From an uncultured bacterium (GTDB taxonomy: Bacteria; Chloroflexota; UBA5177; JANWHV01), in the NCBI GenBank assembly GCA_963827235.1, contig CAWHAE010000020.1, positions 96,001 through 160,000 on the forward strand: a stretch of DNA of 64,000 bases, written 5' to 3'. Below, one piece after another: positions 22,358-31,917 of the stretch. The first letter of the stretch is position 1. Every line of letters starts with the position of its first letter. A program made the position numbers and the translations under genes. The notes beneath the pieces are model-generated. The model was given only the letters and a program-made list of their open reading frames with translations, ran no database searches and was not told the origin of the DNA.

Positions 22358-23850
22358 CCGAGCTGTATCTTGGTCTTGACCTGGGTACGTCGTCGATTAA
22401 GGCGGTGGCAATGGACGTCGCCGGCGTCGTGCGCGCGCGAGCGAGCCGAGCGTACGTCACGTCGACGGCCCAACCGGGTTGGGCGGAACAGGATCCGGGC
22501 GAGTGGCTGGCCGCCGCCGCGGAGGCCTTGCGCGATCTCGTATCGTCGCTACCCACCTCGGCCGTGCCGCGCGCCATGGCCGTGACCGGACAGATGCCCA
22601 CGCTGGTCCTCCTGGACGGCGAAGACCGCCCGGTGCGGCCGGCAATCGTGTGGCACGATGGGCGTGCCGAGGAGGAGGCGGAGGCCCTGCTTGCTGCCAT
22701 TCCGTCGCCCGAGTGGTATCGCCGGTCGGGGATCGTGCTCGACGGGCACTACCTGGCTCCCATGTACGACTGGGTGCGCGCTCACGAGCCGCCGCTGGCG
22801 CGCGCCTCGCGACGCCTGTGTAGTGCCAAAGACGCGGTGGTCCTCGTTCTGACCGGCAGCTATGTGACCGATCCATCGACGGCCTCGGGTTACGGCGTGT
22901 ACGCGCCGCTCCGGCGCGCCTGGGACGAGCGCCTGCTGGCTTCCGCCGGGATCGCACCGGAAACCCTGCCCGCGGTAGTCGACTCCTGCGCGATTGCCGG
23001 CGGGCTGGCGCCCGCCTGGAAGTCGACCGGGCTGCCCGTGGGTCTGCCGGTGATTGCCGGTGCCGCGGATGCCCTGGCCGGCGTCTTGGGGTGTGGCGCC
23101 GCCGGTGCCAACGTGCTGACGATAGTCAATGGCACCAGCAGCTCGCTGGTGCTCGGCAGTCGAGAACCGGCACTCGACGGCTCCTGCCGGTTTCTCCTGA
23201 CGCCCCATGCACTGCCGGATCTGTGGGGTCTTGAGATGGATCTGATGTCCACCGGATCGGCCCTGCGCTGGCTGGCGGAGCTCGTCGATCCGGATCAGCA
23301 GCATGACGTCTTCGAGCGCGCCGCCGGATCTCCGGCCGGTGCCCGCGGTGTGGTGGCGCTCCCATACCTGGCCGGTGGCGAGCAGGGGGCGCTCTGGGAT
23401 CCGCGCGTTCCCGCCGCGCTGATCGGTCTCAGGCTCGAGCACACGGCCGATGACCTGGCCAGGGCGATGCTCGAAGGCATCGTGTTCGAGATACGGCGCT
23501 GCATCTCGGTGTGGGAGGGCGCCGGTGTGCCGGTGCAAGAGGTCGTGGCCGGCGGCGGCTTTGGTGGCCGGCGCTTCGCGCCGTTCGCCGCCTCGGTGCT
23601 GGGACGCCCCGTCCGCGAAGCGGGACCGGATGCCGGCTCCGCTCTCGGGGCGGCCCTGCTGGCAGCGATCGGCGTCGGTGCCATGGACGCCGGTAAGGCC
23701 GCTGCGCTGTGCAGGCGGCAGGGCGGCGGAATCAGCGAGCCGGACGCGGCCCTCACCGGTCGCTACGCCGAGCTCTACGCTCGCTACGAACATGTGACCG
23801 CGATCGCGCGCGAACGGCTGGGTCCCGCCATGGCGCAATACTCACCATAG
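22351..23850 (+). CDS. FGGY family carbohydrate kinase (xylulokinase-like)
   Basis: LGLDLGTSSIKAV, WAEQDP, TGQM, WHDGRA, TDPSTASG, LPYLAGG, RAMLEG. TTG start overlaps the gntR end. Confidence 0.88.
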   Translation: MVTELYLGLDLGTSSIKAVAMDVAGVVRARASRAYVTSTAQPGWAEQDPGEWLAAAAEALRDLVSSLPTSAVPRAMAVTGQMPTLVLLDGEDRPVRPAIVWHDGRAEEEAEALLAAIPSPEWYRRSGIVLDGHYLAPMYDWVRAHEPPLARASRRLCSAKDAVVLVLTGSYVTDPSTASGYGVYAPLRRAWDERLLASAGIAPETLPAVVDSCAIAGGLAPAWKSTGLPVGLPVIAGAADALAGVLGCGAAGANVLTIVNGTSSSLVLGSREPALDGSCRFLLTPHALPDLWGLEMDLMSTGSALRWLAELVDPDQQHDVFERAAGSPAGARGVVALPYLAGGEQGALWDPRVPAALIGLRLEHTADDLARAMLEGIVFEIRRCISVWEGAGVPVQEVVAGGGFGGRRFAPFAASVLGRPVREAGPDAGSALGAALLAAIGVGAMDAGKAAALCRRQGGGISEPDAALTGRYAELYARYEHVTAIARERLGPAMAQYSP

Positions 23851-23866
23851 CCGTCGCAGAGCTCGG

Positions 23867-23882
23867 TATGATATTATAATGA
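23867..23882. promoter_or_regulatory. Candidate GntR operator / -10 upstream of the Opp permeases
   Basis: TATGATATTATAATGA, an AT-rich site in GC-rich DNA resembling the 20256 and 27041 sites. Confidence 0.55.
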
Positions 23883-23962
23883 CCTGACAGGGAGATGGAC
23901 GGCAGACCGGGCAGGTACCACGACGGGCCTGACGCCCGGACGGCCGGAGTAAGGGGTCAGAG

Positions 23963-24907
23963 GTGCGGCTTCTCGTCTTCGTCGTCAAGCGACTGATCAG
24001 CATGGTGATCATCCTGCTTGCCGCCAGTCTGCTGACGTTCCTGCTCGTCGCCTACGCGCCTGGCAATCCTATTCGTACGAATATCGTGCAGCACGCCTCG
24101 CCCGAGACACTCAGGATGCTCGAGCACCGGTACGGACTCGATCTTCCGATCTGGCACCGCTACCTGAACTACATCGGCGACCTTGCGCACGGCAACCTCG
24201 GCCTGTCGCTGGTGCAGCCGGGTACGTCGGTCAACGACATTCTCGCCAGCGGCTTACCGGTTTCGCTGAAGCTCGGCGGCTGGGCGCTGGCCGTGGCACT
24301 GGCTGCCGGTGTGCCGCTCGGCGTGCTCGCCGCGGTGCGGCGAAACAGGCCGATCTCCGACAACCTGAACATGGCGGTGATGCTTATCCTGTACAGCGTG
24401 CCGCCGTTCGTGTTGATACCTGTGCTGCAGGTGATCTTTTCGGTGCGCCTCGGCTGGCTTCCGGCCGGGCAGTGGGGCGACGACGGCTGGCTGGGCGTCA
24501 AGGAGTACGTGCTCCCGGTGACCGTGTACGCTGCGGGACTGGCCGGCTTCTTCGCACGCTCGGTGCGCAGCTTCATGCTCGAGGTGCTCAATCAGGACTA
24601 CATCCGCATGGCTCGTGCGAAAGGCCTGCGTGAGCGGAGGGTCATCTACCTGCATGCCATGAAGAACACCCTGCTCCCCTTCGCCTCGGTGCTCGGGCCG
24701 ACCATTGCCTACCTCGTGGTCGGCGCCTTCATCGTGGAAAACCTGTTCAGCATACCCGGCATCGGCCAGATCACGGTACAGGCGACGCTACAAGACGACA
24801 TGACCGTGACGGAAGCCACGACGTTGGTGCTGGCCGTCGCCGTGGTGGTGATCAACGCGCTCACGGACATTTTCTACACGTTCGCCGATCCGCGGGTGAA
24901 GCTATGA
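23963..24907 (+). CDS. Oligopeptide ABC transporter permease (OppB-like)
   Basis: APGNP, YGLDLP, GNLGLS, DYIRMARAKGL, ENLFSIPGIG. Confidence 0.93.
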   Translation: MRLLVFVVKRLISMVIILLAASLLTFLLVAYAPGNPIRTNIVQHASPETLRMLEHRYGLDLPIWHRYLNYIGDLAHGNLGLSLVQPGTSVNDILASGLPVSLKLGGWALAVALAAGVPLGVLAAVRRNRPISDNLNMAVMLILYSVPPFVLIPVLQVIFSVRLGWLPAGQWGDDGWLGVKEYVLPVTVYAAGLAGFFARSVRSFMLEVLNQDYIRMARAKGLRERRVIYLHAMKNTLLPFASVLGPTIAYLVVGAFIVENLFSIPGIGQITVQATLQDDMTVTEATTLVLAVAVVVINALTDIFYTFADPRVKL

Positions 24908-25908
24908 GCGACGCGATCGAGGGTTCCCGCGCCGCCGCCAAGGCGCGTGGCACGGGCGGCGAGCGCTCTGACCTGGACACTGACTTCCTGCCTGTTGGCG
25001 AAGAGCTGGTCGCCGAGATGCAGGTGGTGCACCCGTCCTCGCCGCTTCGCGAAGCCGCGCGCCGCTTCGCGGCAAACAGGCCGGCCCTTGTCAGCGCCGT
25101 CCTGATCGTCGTGTTGTTCGTGGTCGCGATCACTGCCAACTACCTACCTCTGCAGGATCCGTTTCGCCATGGCTCGGACTTCATCACCGACGCGCCGCCC
25201 AGCAGCAAGCACTGGCTGGGCACCGACGGAGCCGGACTGGACGAGTTCAGTCGTATGATCTATGGTCTCCGCCCGGCCTTCGCCGTGGGCGTGATCGGCC
25301 AGGTGATTACCACGGTGCTCGGCGTGCTGTTCGGTGTGGTCGCCGGCTATTATGGCGGCTGGATCGATACGATTCTGGCCCGCATCACCGATCTGATGTT
25401 CGCGTTCCCATCCTTCCTGCTGGCCTTCCTCGTGGTAGGACTCTTCGGCCCGCAGTTCGCGCAGTATGGCGGCGGAACCGGAAGCGTGGTGTTGATCACC
25501 GTCGTGTTCGCCTTCGTGGGCTGGCCGGGGCTGATGCGCTTCGTGCGCAGTCTGGCGCTCTCGCTGAAAGAGCAGCAATTCGTCGAGGCTGCCCGCACGA
25601 TAGGCACTCCCGAGTGGAAGATCATCGTGCGGCACATCCTGCCCAGCACCTGGGGATTGGTGATGGTCCAGGCCACGTTCGGGGTGGGCGCGTACATCGG
25701 CAATGAGGCAGTGCTGTCGCTGCTCGGGCTCGGCGTGCAGAAGCCGAATGCCGACCTTGGCGTGATGGTCAACGATGGCATCGGCCAGCTTACCCTGAAT
25801 CCGGTGGAGGCCATAGCGCCGAGCGTGCTGCTGACCGCCCTCATCGTCGCCTTCGCCTTCGTCGGCGACGGGCTTCGCGACGCGGTCGACCCACAGGGAG
25901 CCGAATGA
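24904..25908 (+). CDS. Oligopeptide ABC transporter permease (OppC-like)
   Basis: [38 protein letters not shown]. Confidence 0.93.
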   Translation: MSDAIEGSRAAAKARGTGGERSDLDTDFLPVGEELVAEMQVVHPSSPLREAARRFAANRPALVSAVLIVVLFVVAITANYLPLQDPFRHGSDFITDAPPSSKHWLGTDGAGLDEFSRMIYGLRPAFAVGVIGQVITTVLGVLFGVVAGYYGGWIDTILARITDLMFAFPSFLLAFLVVGLFGPQFAQYGGGTGSVVLITVVFAFVGWPGLMRFVRSLALSLKEQQFVEAARTIGTPEWKIIVRHILPSTWGLVMVQATFGVGAYIGNEAVLSLLGLGVQKPNADLGVMVNDGIGQLTLNPVEAIAPSVLLTALIVAFAFVGDGLRDAVDPQGAE

Positions 25909-26885
25909 TGCAGAGCGACGTGCTGTTGAGCGTGCACGACCTGCGTACTCAGTTCTTCACCCGTGCAGGGATCGTGAAGGCGGTCGATGGCGTCTCGTTC
26001 GAGCTGCGCACCGGAGAGACGCTGGGCATAGTCGGTGAGTCGGGCTCCGGAAAGAGCGTCACCGCGCTGTCGATCATGCGCTTGATCCCCGACCCACCCG
26101 GCCGCATCGTGGGAGGATCGCTCCAATTCGACGGACTTGACCTCATGCATCTCGACAAGCGCCGCCTGCGTGAGATTCGCGGCAACTCCATGAGCATGAT
26201 CTTCCAGGATCCGATGACGTCACTCAATCCGGTGATCACGATCGGCGACCAGCTCAGGGAGACGCTGTACGCGCACAGGCGCGTCAGCCGCAGGGAAGCG
26301 CATGCGCGGGCCGTCGAGCTGCTGGAGCGGGTGGGAATCCCCCAGCCCGAGCCGCGGCTCAGAGATTATCCGCACAACTTCTCGGGTGGCATGCGGCAGC
26401 GCGTGGTGATCGCCATGGCCCTGGCCTGCGAGCCGCGGCTGATCATCGCCGACGAGCCCACCACCGCCCTCGACGTCACCATCCAGGCGCAGATCCTCGA
26501 GCTCATCCGTGGCCTGAGTGTGGAACGCGGAACGTCGGTACTGCTGATCACCCACGACCTTGGGGTCGTTGCCAACATGTGCGACCGAGTCGTGGTCATG
26601 TACGGCGGCAAAGTGCTGGAAGCCGGATCCATTCACGACATCTACAGTAATCCCGTGCAACCGTACACACGTGGTCTGCTGGGCTCGATACCCAGGCTCG
26701 ACCAGCGTCGAGGCGAGAAGCTTACGCCGATTCCCGGCAGTCCGCCGGACATGTTGCACACGCTTCCCGGCTGTCCCTTTGTGCCGCGCTGCCCGCAGGC
26801 TGTGCGGCGGTGCCTGCTGCAGATGCCGCCTCTCTCGGCGGTAGCTCCCGCACATCTGGCGGCCTGCTGGATGATCGGCCGATGA
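25905..26885 (+). CDS. Oligopeptide ABC transporter ATP-binding protein (OppD-like)
   Basis: [37 protein letters not shown]. Confidence 0.95.
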   Translation: MMQSDVLLSVHDLRTQFFTRAGIVKAVDGVSFELRTGETLGIVGESGSGKSVTALSIMRLIPDPPGRIVGGSLQFDGLDLMHLDKRRLREIRGNSMSMIFQDPMTSLNPVITIGDQLRETLYAHRRVSRREAHARAVELLERVGIPQPEPRLRDYPHNFSGGMRQRVVIAMALACEPRLIIADEPTTALDVTIQAQILELIRGLSVERGTSVLLITHDLGVVANMCDRVVVMYGGKVLEAGSIHDIYSNPVQPYTRGLLGSIPRLDQRRGEKLTPIPGSPPDMLHTLPGCPFVPRCPQAVRRCLLQMPPLSAVAPAHLAACWMIGR

Positions 26886-27040
26886 GCGTCACGGCGGTGC
26901 GGCGGCCGCATCAGCGTTCGTGGCGGCAGGCGACCCGCGCCGCCCCCGGCTCGAGTGCCGCTGGCCGGTGGGGGCATTCGTGCCGCTGGCCGGCAGCCCG
27001 GCCCTGGGCAGGCTTGACGGCCGCCGGGTCGAAGTGTAAA

Positions 27041-27055
27041 TATGATTATAATGAT
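27041..27055. promoter_or_regulatory. Candidate GntR operator / -10 upstream of the aminotransferase
   Basis: TATGATTATAATGAT, with TTGACG at 27014-27019 upstream. Confidence 0.55.
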
Positions 27056-27069
27056 TTGAGGGATGGGAA

Positions 27070-28455
27070 ATGATCGAGGTTGATCACCAGAAGGCCTTCG
27101 ACCTGGCATTTGCGCGGCGAACGGAGCGCTCCCGCGAGCTGTTCCAGAGCGCCAGCGAGGTCCTGCCCGGTGGGGTGAACTCTACCGCTCGCACGACGCA
27201 TGTCGGCTGGGAGCCGTATCCACTCTTTGCCTCGCATGGCGAAGGGCCATATCTGGTCGACGTCGATGGGAACCGCTACGTCGACTATTTGCTCGGGCTC
27301 GGCCCGTTGATGCTTGGCCATCGCCCGGCCGCCGTGATCGAGCGCGTGACCAGCGAGGTGAAGCGTCACGGCACGCTCTTCGCTCTGCCGTACGAGATGG
27401 AACAGCAGGTGGCGAGGCGTTTCCTGCAGGCAGTGCCAAGCGCTGACGCCGTGCGCTTCACCAATACAGGGTCAGAGGCTGTGGGCAGTGCGGTCCGGCT
27501 CGCCCGCGCTTACACGGGCAGACCGAGAGTCCTGCGATTCGAAGGACATTATCACGGCTGGCAGGATACCGTCTACTGGTCAAACAAGCCGGACCCGTCT
27601 CTGGCTGGTCCGGCCGAGTCACCGCGTCCCGTGCCCGCGGGACCCGGCGTGCCCGCGTCGCTGGCCGACACGCTGATCATCTGCCCGTGGAACGACGTGG
27701 AGGCGGTTGAGCGAGCCTTCGCTGCCCACGGGGACGAGATCGCCGCCGTGCTGACGGAGCCGGTGATGTGCAATACCGGCTGTATTCTGCCGCAGCCGGG
27801 CTACCTCCAGGCTTTGCGCCGGATCGCGAGCGCCCACGGCTCTCTGCTCATCTTCGACGAAGTGATCACCGGCTTCCGGCTCAGCTTGGGCGGCGCGCAG
27901 GCCTACTACAACGTGCAGCCCGATCTCTCGTGCTTTGCCAAGGCTCTCGCCGGCGGCTTCCCCGTGGCCGCGCTTGCCGGCATCAAGCCGGTGATGAACC
28001 TGATCGCCGACGGGCGCTATTCGCATTCCGGCACCTATAATGCCAGCGTCATGGCCATGGCCGCAGTCGATGCCGCGCTGGACGAGTTGACGAAGCCCGG
28101 GGTCTACGAGGGTCTTCACCGCATCGGGGAGCGCCTGATGACCGAGCTACGGGTTCGGTTCGGTGCGGCGGAGGTACCGGTCCAGGTGCAGGGGCTTGGC
28201 CCCGTCTTTCAGGTCTGGTTCGCCGATCGTCCAATACGCACGTGGCGCGAGGCGCGCGCGCATGCTCGCAAGGGCTCGTTCCGTTTATTCTGGGAAGAGA
28301 TGCTCCTGCGCGGCGTGTTGTTCCATCCCGACCAGTACGAGAACCTCTTTATCTCGACCACGCACGAGGACAGGCAGGTGGATGAGACGCTCGCCTCCCT
28401 TGATCAGGCGCTGCCGGTGCTCAAGGCGCGTCTGGCCGCGGGGGGCGCGCTCTGA
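27070..28455 (+). CDS. Class III PLP-dependent aminotransferase (glutamate-1-semialdehyde aminomutase-like)
   Basis: PGGVNS, DVDGNRYVDY, GSEA, FEGHYHG, FDEVITGFR, PLP lysine in FAKALAGGFP, SGTY. Confidence 0.9.
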   Translation: MIEVDHQKAFDLAFARRTERSRELFQSASEVLPGGVNSTARTTHVGWEPYPLFASHGEGPYLVDVDGNRYVDYLLGLGPLMLGHRPAAVIERVTSEVKRHGTLFALPYEMEQQVARRFLQAVPSADAVRFTNTGSEAVGSAVRLARAYTGRPRVLRFEGHYHGWQDTVYWSNKPDPSLAGPAESPRPVPAGPGVPASLADTLIICPWNDVEAVERAFAAHGDEIAAVLTEPVMCNTGCILPQPGYLQALRRIASAHGSLLIFDEVITGFRLSLGGAQAYYNVQPDLSCFAKALAGGFPVAALAGIKPVMNLIADGRYSHSGTYNASVMAMAAVDAALDELTKPGVYEGLHRIGERLMTELRVRFGAAEVPVQVQGLGPVFQVWFADRPIRTWREARAHARKGSFRLFWEEMLLRGVLFHPDQYENLFISTTHEDRQVDETLASLDQALPVLKARLAAGGAL

Positions 28456-28529
28456 GGCATCGAGTCCGGCGAACTGTCGGAAGCCGTTGGGGCTTCCCGT
28501 TTGAACCACAGGAAGGCGGTGCGCTCGAC

Positions 28530-30197
28530 ATGGGAAAGACCTGGCTTGGCTGCAGAATTTCGGCGGGCACCGTGGCCGCCATCGCGCTGGTCGTCTGCTC
28601 GATCGGTGGTGTGCAGGCAGCGGCTCCCGCGGCGGGAAACAACGTGCTGATCATGCCGGAGGTGGTCTCCAATCTCTGGGTAAATGCGCTCGACCCGGCG
28701 CAGGTGTCCGACCTGCAATCGATCACGCTGTCCGATCTTGTCTATAGCGGCCTCGTCAAGCTCGACGGCAACAACAACGTGGTGCCCGATCTGGCGGCGA
28801 AGCTGCCGGCCGTGTCCTCCGACCGCCTCACCTACACCTTTACGCTGCGCTCCAGCGCGGCCTTCTCCGATGGCACGCCCGTGACGGCGCAGGATGTCGC
28901 CTACACCCTGTCGCGAGCGCTGTCCAAGCAAGAGGCATCCCCGGCGGCGATGACCTATCTTGGGCACATCAAGGGTGCCGCGGCTTGGAACGCCGGCAAG
29001 GCGTCGAGCCTGGCCGGTGTGAAGGCGGTGGACGCGCGCACCGTGCAGATCACCCTGGATCGCCCTGTAGGCTTCTTCCTGCAGTCGCTGGTCTACCCGA
29101 CCAGCTTCGTGGTGAAGCAGACCGTGGCGGCCGGCGAAGATCTGGTGGGACAGAACGCCCAGTCTCGCAACATCGGCACAGGCCCATGGATGTTCAGCAG
29201 GACCTGGCGATACCGTCAAGAGATGTATCTGACGCGAAATCCTCACTGGTACGATAGCTCGAGACTCAAGATCGACGAGATAGATATCCCGATGATCTCC
29301 AACGTCGACCTGGCCTACCGTGAGTATCTCAGTGGGCAGATCCCCGTCGCCGCGGTACCCAGCGCCTACCTACCCACGGTCAAGAACGATAGCGACTTCC
29401 ATGCGTCGCCGCTGCTGACCATCGACTACATCGCTCCCAACACCGGGAAGGATTCCCTCTGCAAGCCGACAAGCTGCGCTCCGTTCAACGACGTGCACTT
29501 CAGACGCGCCATGATGTTCGCCATCGACCGCACGACCATCACGCAGAAGATCCTGCACGGCTCCATGGCCCCGTTGTGCGGCCTTATCCCGAAGGGCATG
29601 TCGGGCTACGATCCGTCGCTCTGCTCGCTCACGCCCTACGATCCGGCACGGGCCAAGTCGGAGCTGGCCATGGCGATGAAGGACTTCCACGGCAAATTGC
29701 CCAACGAGGGCCACCTGACTCTCATCTACCAGGCCCTGGGACAGGACTATGCCAACGAGTACACCGAGGTGCAGAGCGAGTTGGCCGCGGTTGGAATCAA
29801 CATCAATATCCAGGCCACGCCGCTCAACAACTGGATCAACTTGACCGGCGCAAACTACACGCCGCTTATGGAAGATCAGTGGAGTGCCGACTACGTCGAC
29901 GCACAGGACTATGCGGAGAACCTGCTCGGATCGAGCTCGCCATATAACGTCGGCAACTACGATAATCCGACCTTCGAGCGCCTCCTCACACAGGCGGACG
30001 TCACTCCCAACGGATCGGCCCGCACGGCCATGTACGTGCAGGCGCAGCGTATCGCCATGCAGGACGCGGCGTTCATCATGATCGGCCAACTGCAGGGCGC
30101 CTATCGCTGGAAGAGCAACCTGCGTGGATTCTTCATCTCGTCGGCCTACACCTTCCAGCCCGCCAATCTGGACTGGACGAACGCCTCCGTCAGTTAG
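28530..30197 (+). CDS. Peptide ABC transporter substrate-binding protein (OppA-like)
   Basis: Signal peptide, LDPA, YTFTLR...FSDGTPVTAQDV, GTGPW, PFNDVHFRRAM, WSADYVD. Confidence 0.92.
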   Translation: MGKTWLGCRISAGTVAAIALVVCSIGGVQAAAPAAGNNVLIMPEVVSNLWVNALDPAQVSDLQSITLSDLVYSGLVKLDGNNNVVPDLAAKLPAVSSDRLTYTFTLRSSAAFSDGTPVTAQDVAYTLSRALSKQEASPAAMTYLGHIKGAAAWNAGKASSLAGVKAVDARTVQITLDRPVGFFLQSLVYPTSFVVKQTVAAGEDLVGQNAQSRNIGTGPWMFSRTWRYRQEMYLTRNPHWYDSSRLKIDEIDIPMISNVDLAYREYLSGQIPVAAVPSAYLPTVKNDSDFHASPLLTIDYIAPNTGKDSLCKPTSCAPFNDVHFRRAMMFAIDRTTITQKILHGSMAPLCGLIPKGMSGYDPSLCSLTPYDPARAKSELAMAMKDFHGKLPNEGHLTLIYQALGQDYANEYTEVQSELAAVGININIQATPLNNWINLTGANYTPLMEDQWSADYVDAQDYAENLLGSSSPYNVGNYDNPTFERLLTQADVTPNGSARTAMYVQAQRIAMQDAAFIMIGQLQGAYRWKSNLRGFFISSAYTFQPANLDWTNASVS

Positions 30198-30339
30198 GCC
30201 GGCAGAACCACGGGCTGCTCGCGTCCAGTTCGCTGGCCGCGTACAATCTCGAGCCGCGCCTGCCTGGGGGTTCCCAGAGCGGGACCCCAGCCAGGCGCGG
30301 CTATCTGTCTCCGCGGCGTCTTCGCGCCGAGCAGTGGAC

Positions 30340-31743
30340 CTACTTTCGCGCCACGCCGTCGGCCCGGGCAGCGGCGGACACCGCGGCTGCGACGCGCGGG
30401 GCCACTTCTCGATTGAACGCGCTGGGTATGATGTAGTCCTCGGCCAGCTCTTCGGGACCTACCAGCTCGGCGATCGCACGAGCGGCGGCGACCTTCATAC
30501 CCTGCGTGATGCGCGTTGCCCGGCAGTCCAGGGCGCCGCGAAAGAGGCCGGGGAAGGCCAGCACGTTATTGACCTGGTTGGGATAGTCGCTCCTGCCCGA
30601 GGCGATGACACGGGCGACGCTCGATGCCTCCTCGTAGCTCACCTCGGGATCCGGGTTTGCCAGGGCGAAGACGATCGGATTCGAGGCCATGGTCGCCAGG
30701 TCGGCGGCGGTCAGCAGGTTCGGCGCGGACACGCCGATGAATACATCGGCGCCGCGCAGCACGGCGCGGAGGTCGCCCTGAAGCTGCCCGGGATTGGTGT
30801 TCTCGGCGTACCACTGCCACACGTCCGTGCTCAACGATGTCGCGCCGCGGTAGAGCGCACCCTGACGGTCGCAGCCGACGATGTTCCGTGCCCCGGCGGA
30901 GAGCAGCATCTTGGTGATTGCCACCCCCGCGGAGCCCAGGCCGTTGATCACCACGCGAACGTCGGGCACGTTCTTGCCCACGATGTGCAGCGCGTTGAGC
31001 AGTGCGGCTAGAACGACCACTGCAGTGCCGTGCTGGTCATCGTGGAACACGGGAATGTCGAGTCGAGCCTGGAGCCGCTCTTCGACCACGAAGCATCGCG
31101 GGGCCGAAATGTCCTCCAGATTGATGCCGCCGAACCCGGTTGCCAGCCGCGCCGTGGTGTCCACGATCTCGTCGACGTCCTTGGTGTTCAGGCAGATAGG
31201 AAAGGCGTCGACTCCGCCGAACTCCTTGAACAGAATGGCTTTGCCTTCCATCACCGGCAGAGCCGCGGCCGGGCCGATGTCTCCAAGCCCGAGCACCGCC
31301 GTTCCGTCCGTCACGACGGCGACCATGTTGCGCTTGGACGTGAGGGTCCACACGTCGTCGGGCGTGCGCGCGATTGCCCGGCAGATGCGGGCGACTCCGG
31401 GCGTGTAGGCCATGGAGAGGTCGTCTCGCGTCTTCAGGGGTACGCGCGACTGCACTTCGATCTTGCCGCCAAGGTGGGACAGGAAGGTGCGGTCCGAGAC
31501 TTGCAGCACGTCGACGCCGGGTACGGCATTGACCGCGCGGACAATCTCCTCCACGTGACCCTCGTCGCGGGCGTTGACGGTCACGTCGCGTACCTTGACG
31601 GAGCCCTGGACGCGCACGATGTCGATGGCTCCCGAATCTCCGCCGGCCGCGCCGATAGCGGTTGCAAGCCGGGCAAAGGCGCCGGGCACGTTCGTGATGG
31701 CACAGCGCAGGGTGACGCTATAGCTTGCGCTTGGCGATGGCAT
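30340..31743 (-). CDS. NAD-dependent malic enzyme with N-terminal ACT domain
   Basis: AYTPGVA, VTDGTAVLGLGDIG, MEGKAILFK, NLEDI, HDDQHGTA, ANPDPE, NQVNN. Confidence 0.95.
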   Translation of the reverse strand: MPSPSASYSVTLRCAITNVPGAFARLATAIGAAGGDSGAIDIVRVQGSVKVRDVTVNARDEGHVEEIVRAVNAVPGVDVLQVSDRTFLSHLGGKIEVQSRVPLKTRDDLSMAYTPGVARICRAIARTPDDVWTLTSKRNMVAVVTDGTAVLGLGDIGPAAALPVMEGKAILFKEFGGVDAFPICLNTKDVDEIVDTTARLATGFGGINLEDISAPRCFVVEERLQARLDIPVFHDDQHGTAVVVLAALLNALHIVGKNVPDVRVVINGLGSAGVAITKMLLSAGARNIVGCDRQGALYRGATSLSTDVWQWYAENTNPGQLQGDLRAVLRGADVFIGVSAPNLLTAADLATMASNPIVFALANPDPEVSYEEASSVARVIASGRSDYPNQVNNVLAFPGLFRGALDCRATRITQGMKVAAARAIAELVGPEELAEDYIIPSAFNREVAPRVAAAVSAAARADGVARK

Positions 31744-31917
31744 GCTTGGTCCTCCTTGTCTGAGCGGCGGTCGACGCGCACTCGGAATTCCATGCTGAAT
31801 GCGCCTTTCCGCGTCCTTTGCCCGTAGGTTACCGCGAACCGCATGGAAAGGGTCGCACCGCTCCGGTTGCGTGGTGCCGGACGTGCATTGTGTCCTGTCG
31901 CCAATCCGGGCGCGTGC

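Noticed and set aside
27070-28455. Calling the aminotransferase hemL or hpnO
   Set aside because: There are no hem genes nearby and it is about 19 kb from the hpn cluster. It sits inside the GntR catabolic locus, so only the family is supported.
31744-31917. c-di-GMP-I riboswitch-like words (GGGCAAA...GAAA, minus strand) upstream of malic enzyme
   Set aside because: The GAAA is not closed by a convincing stem and the second conserved hairpin is absent.
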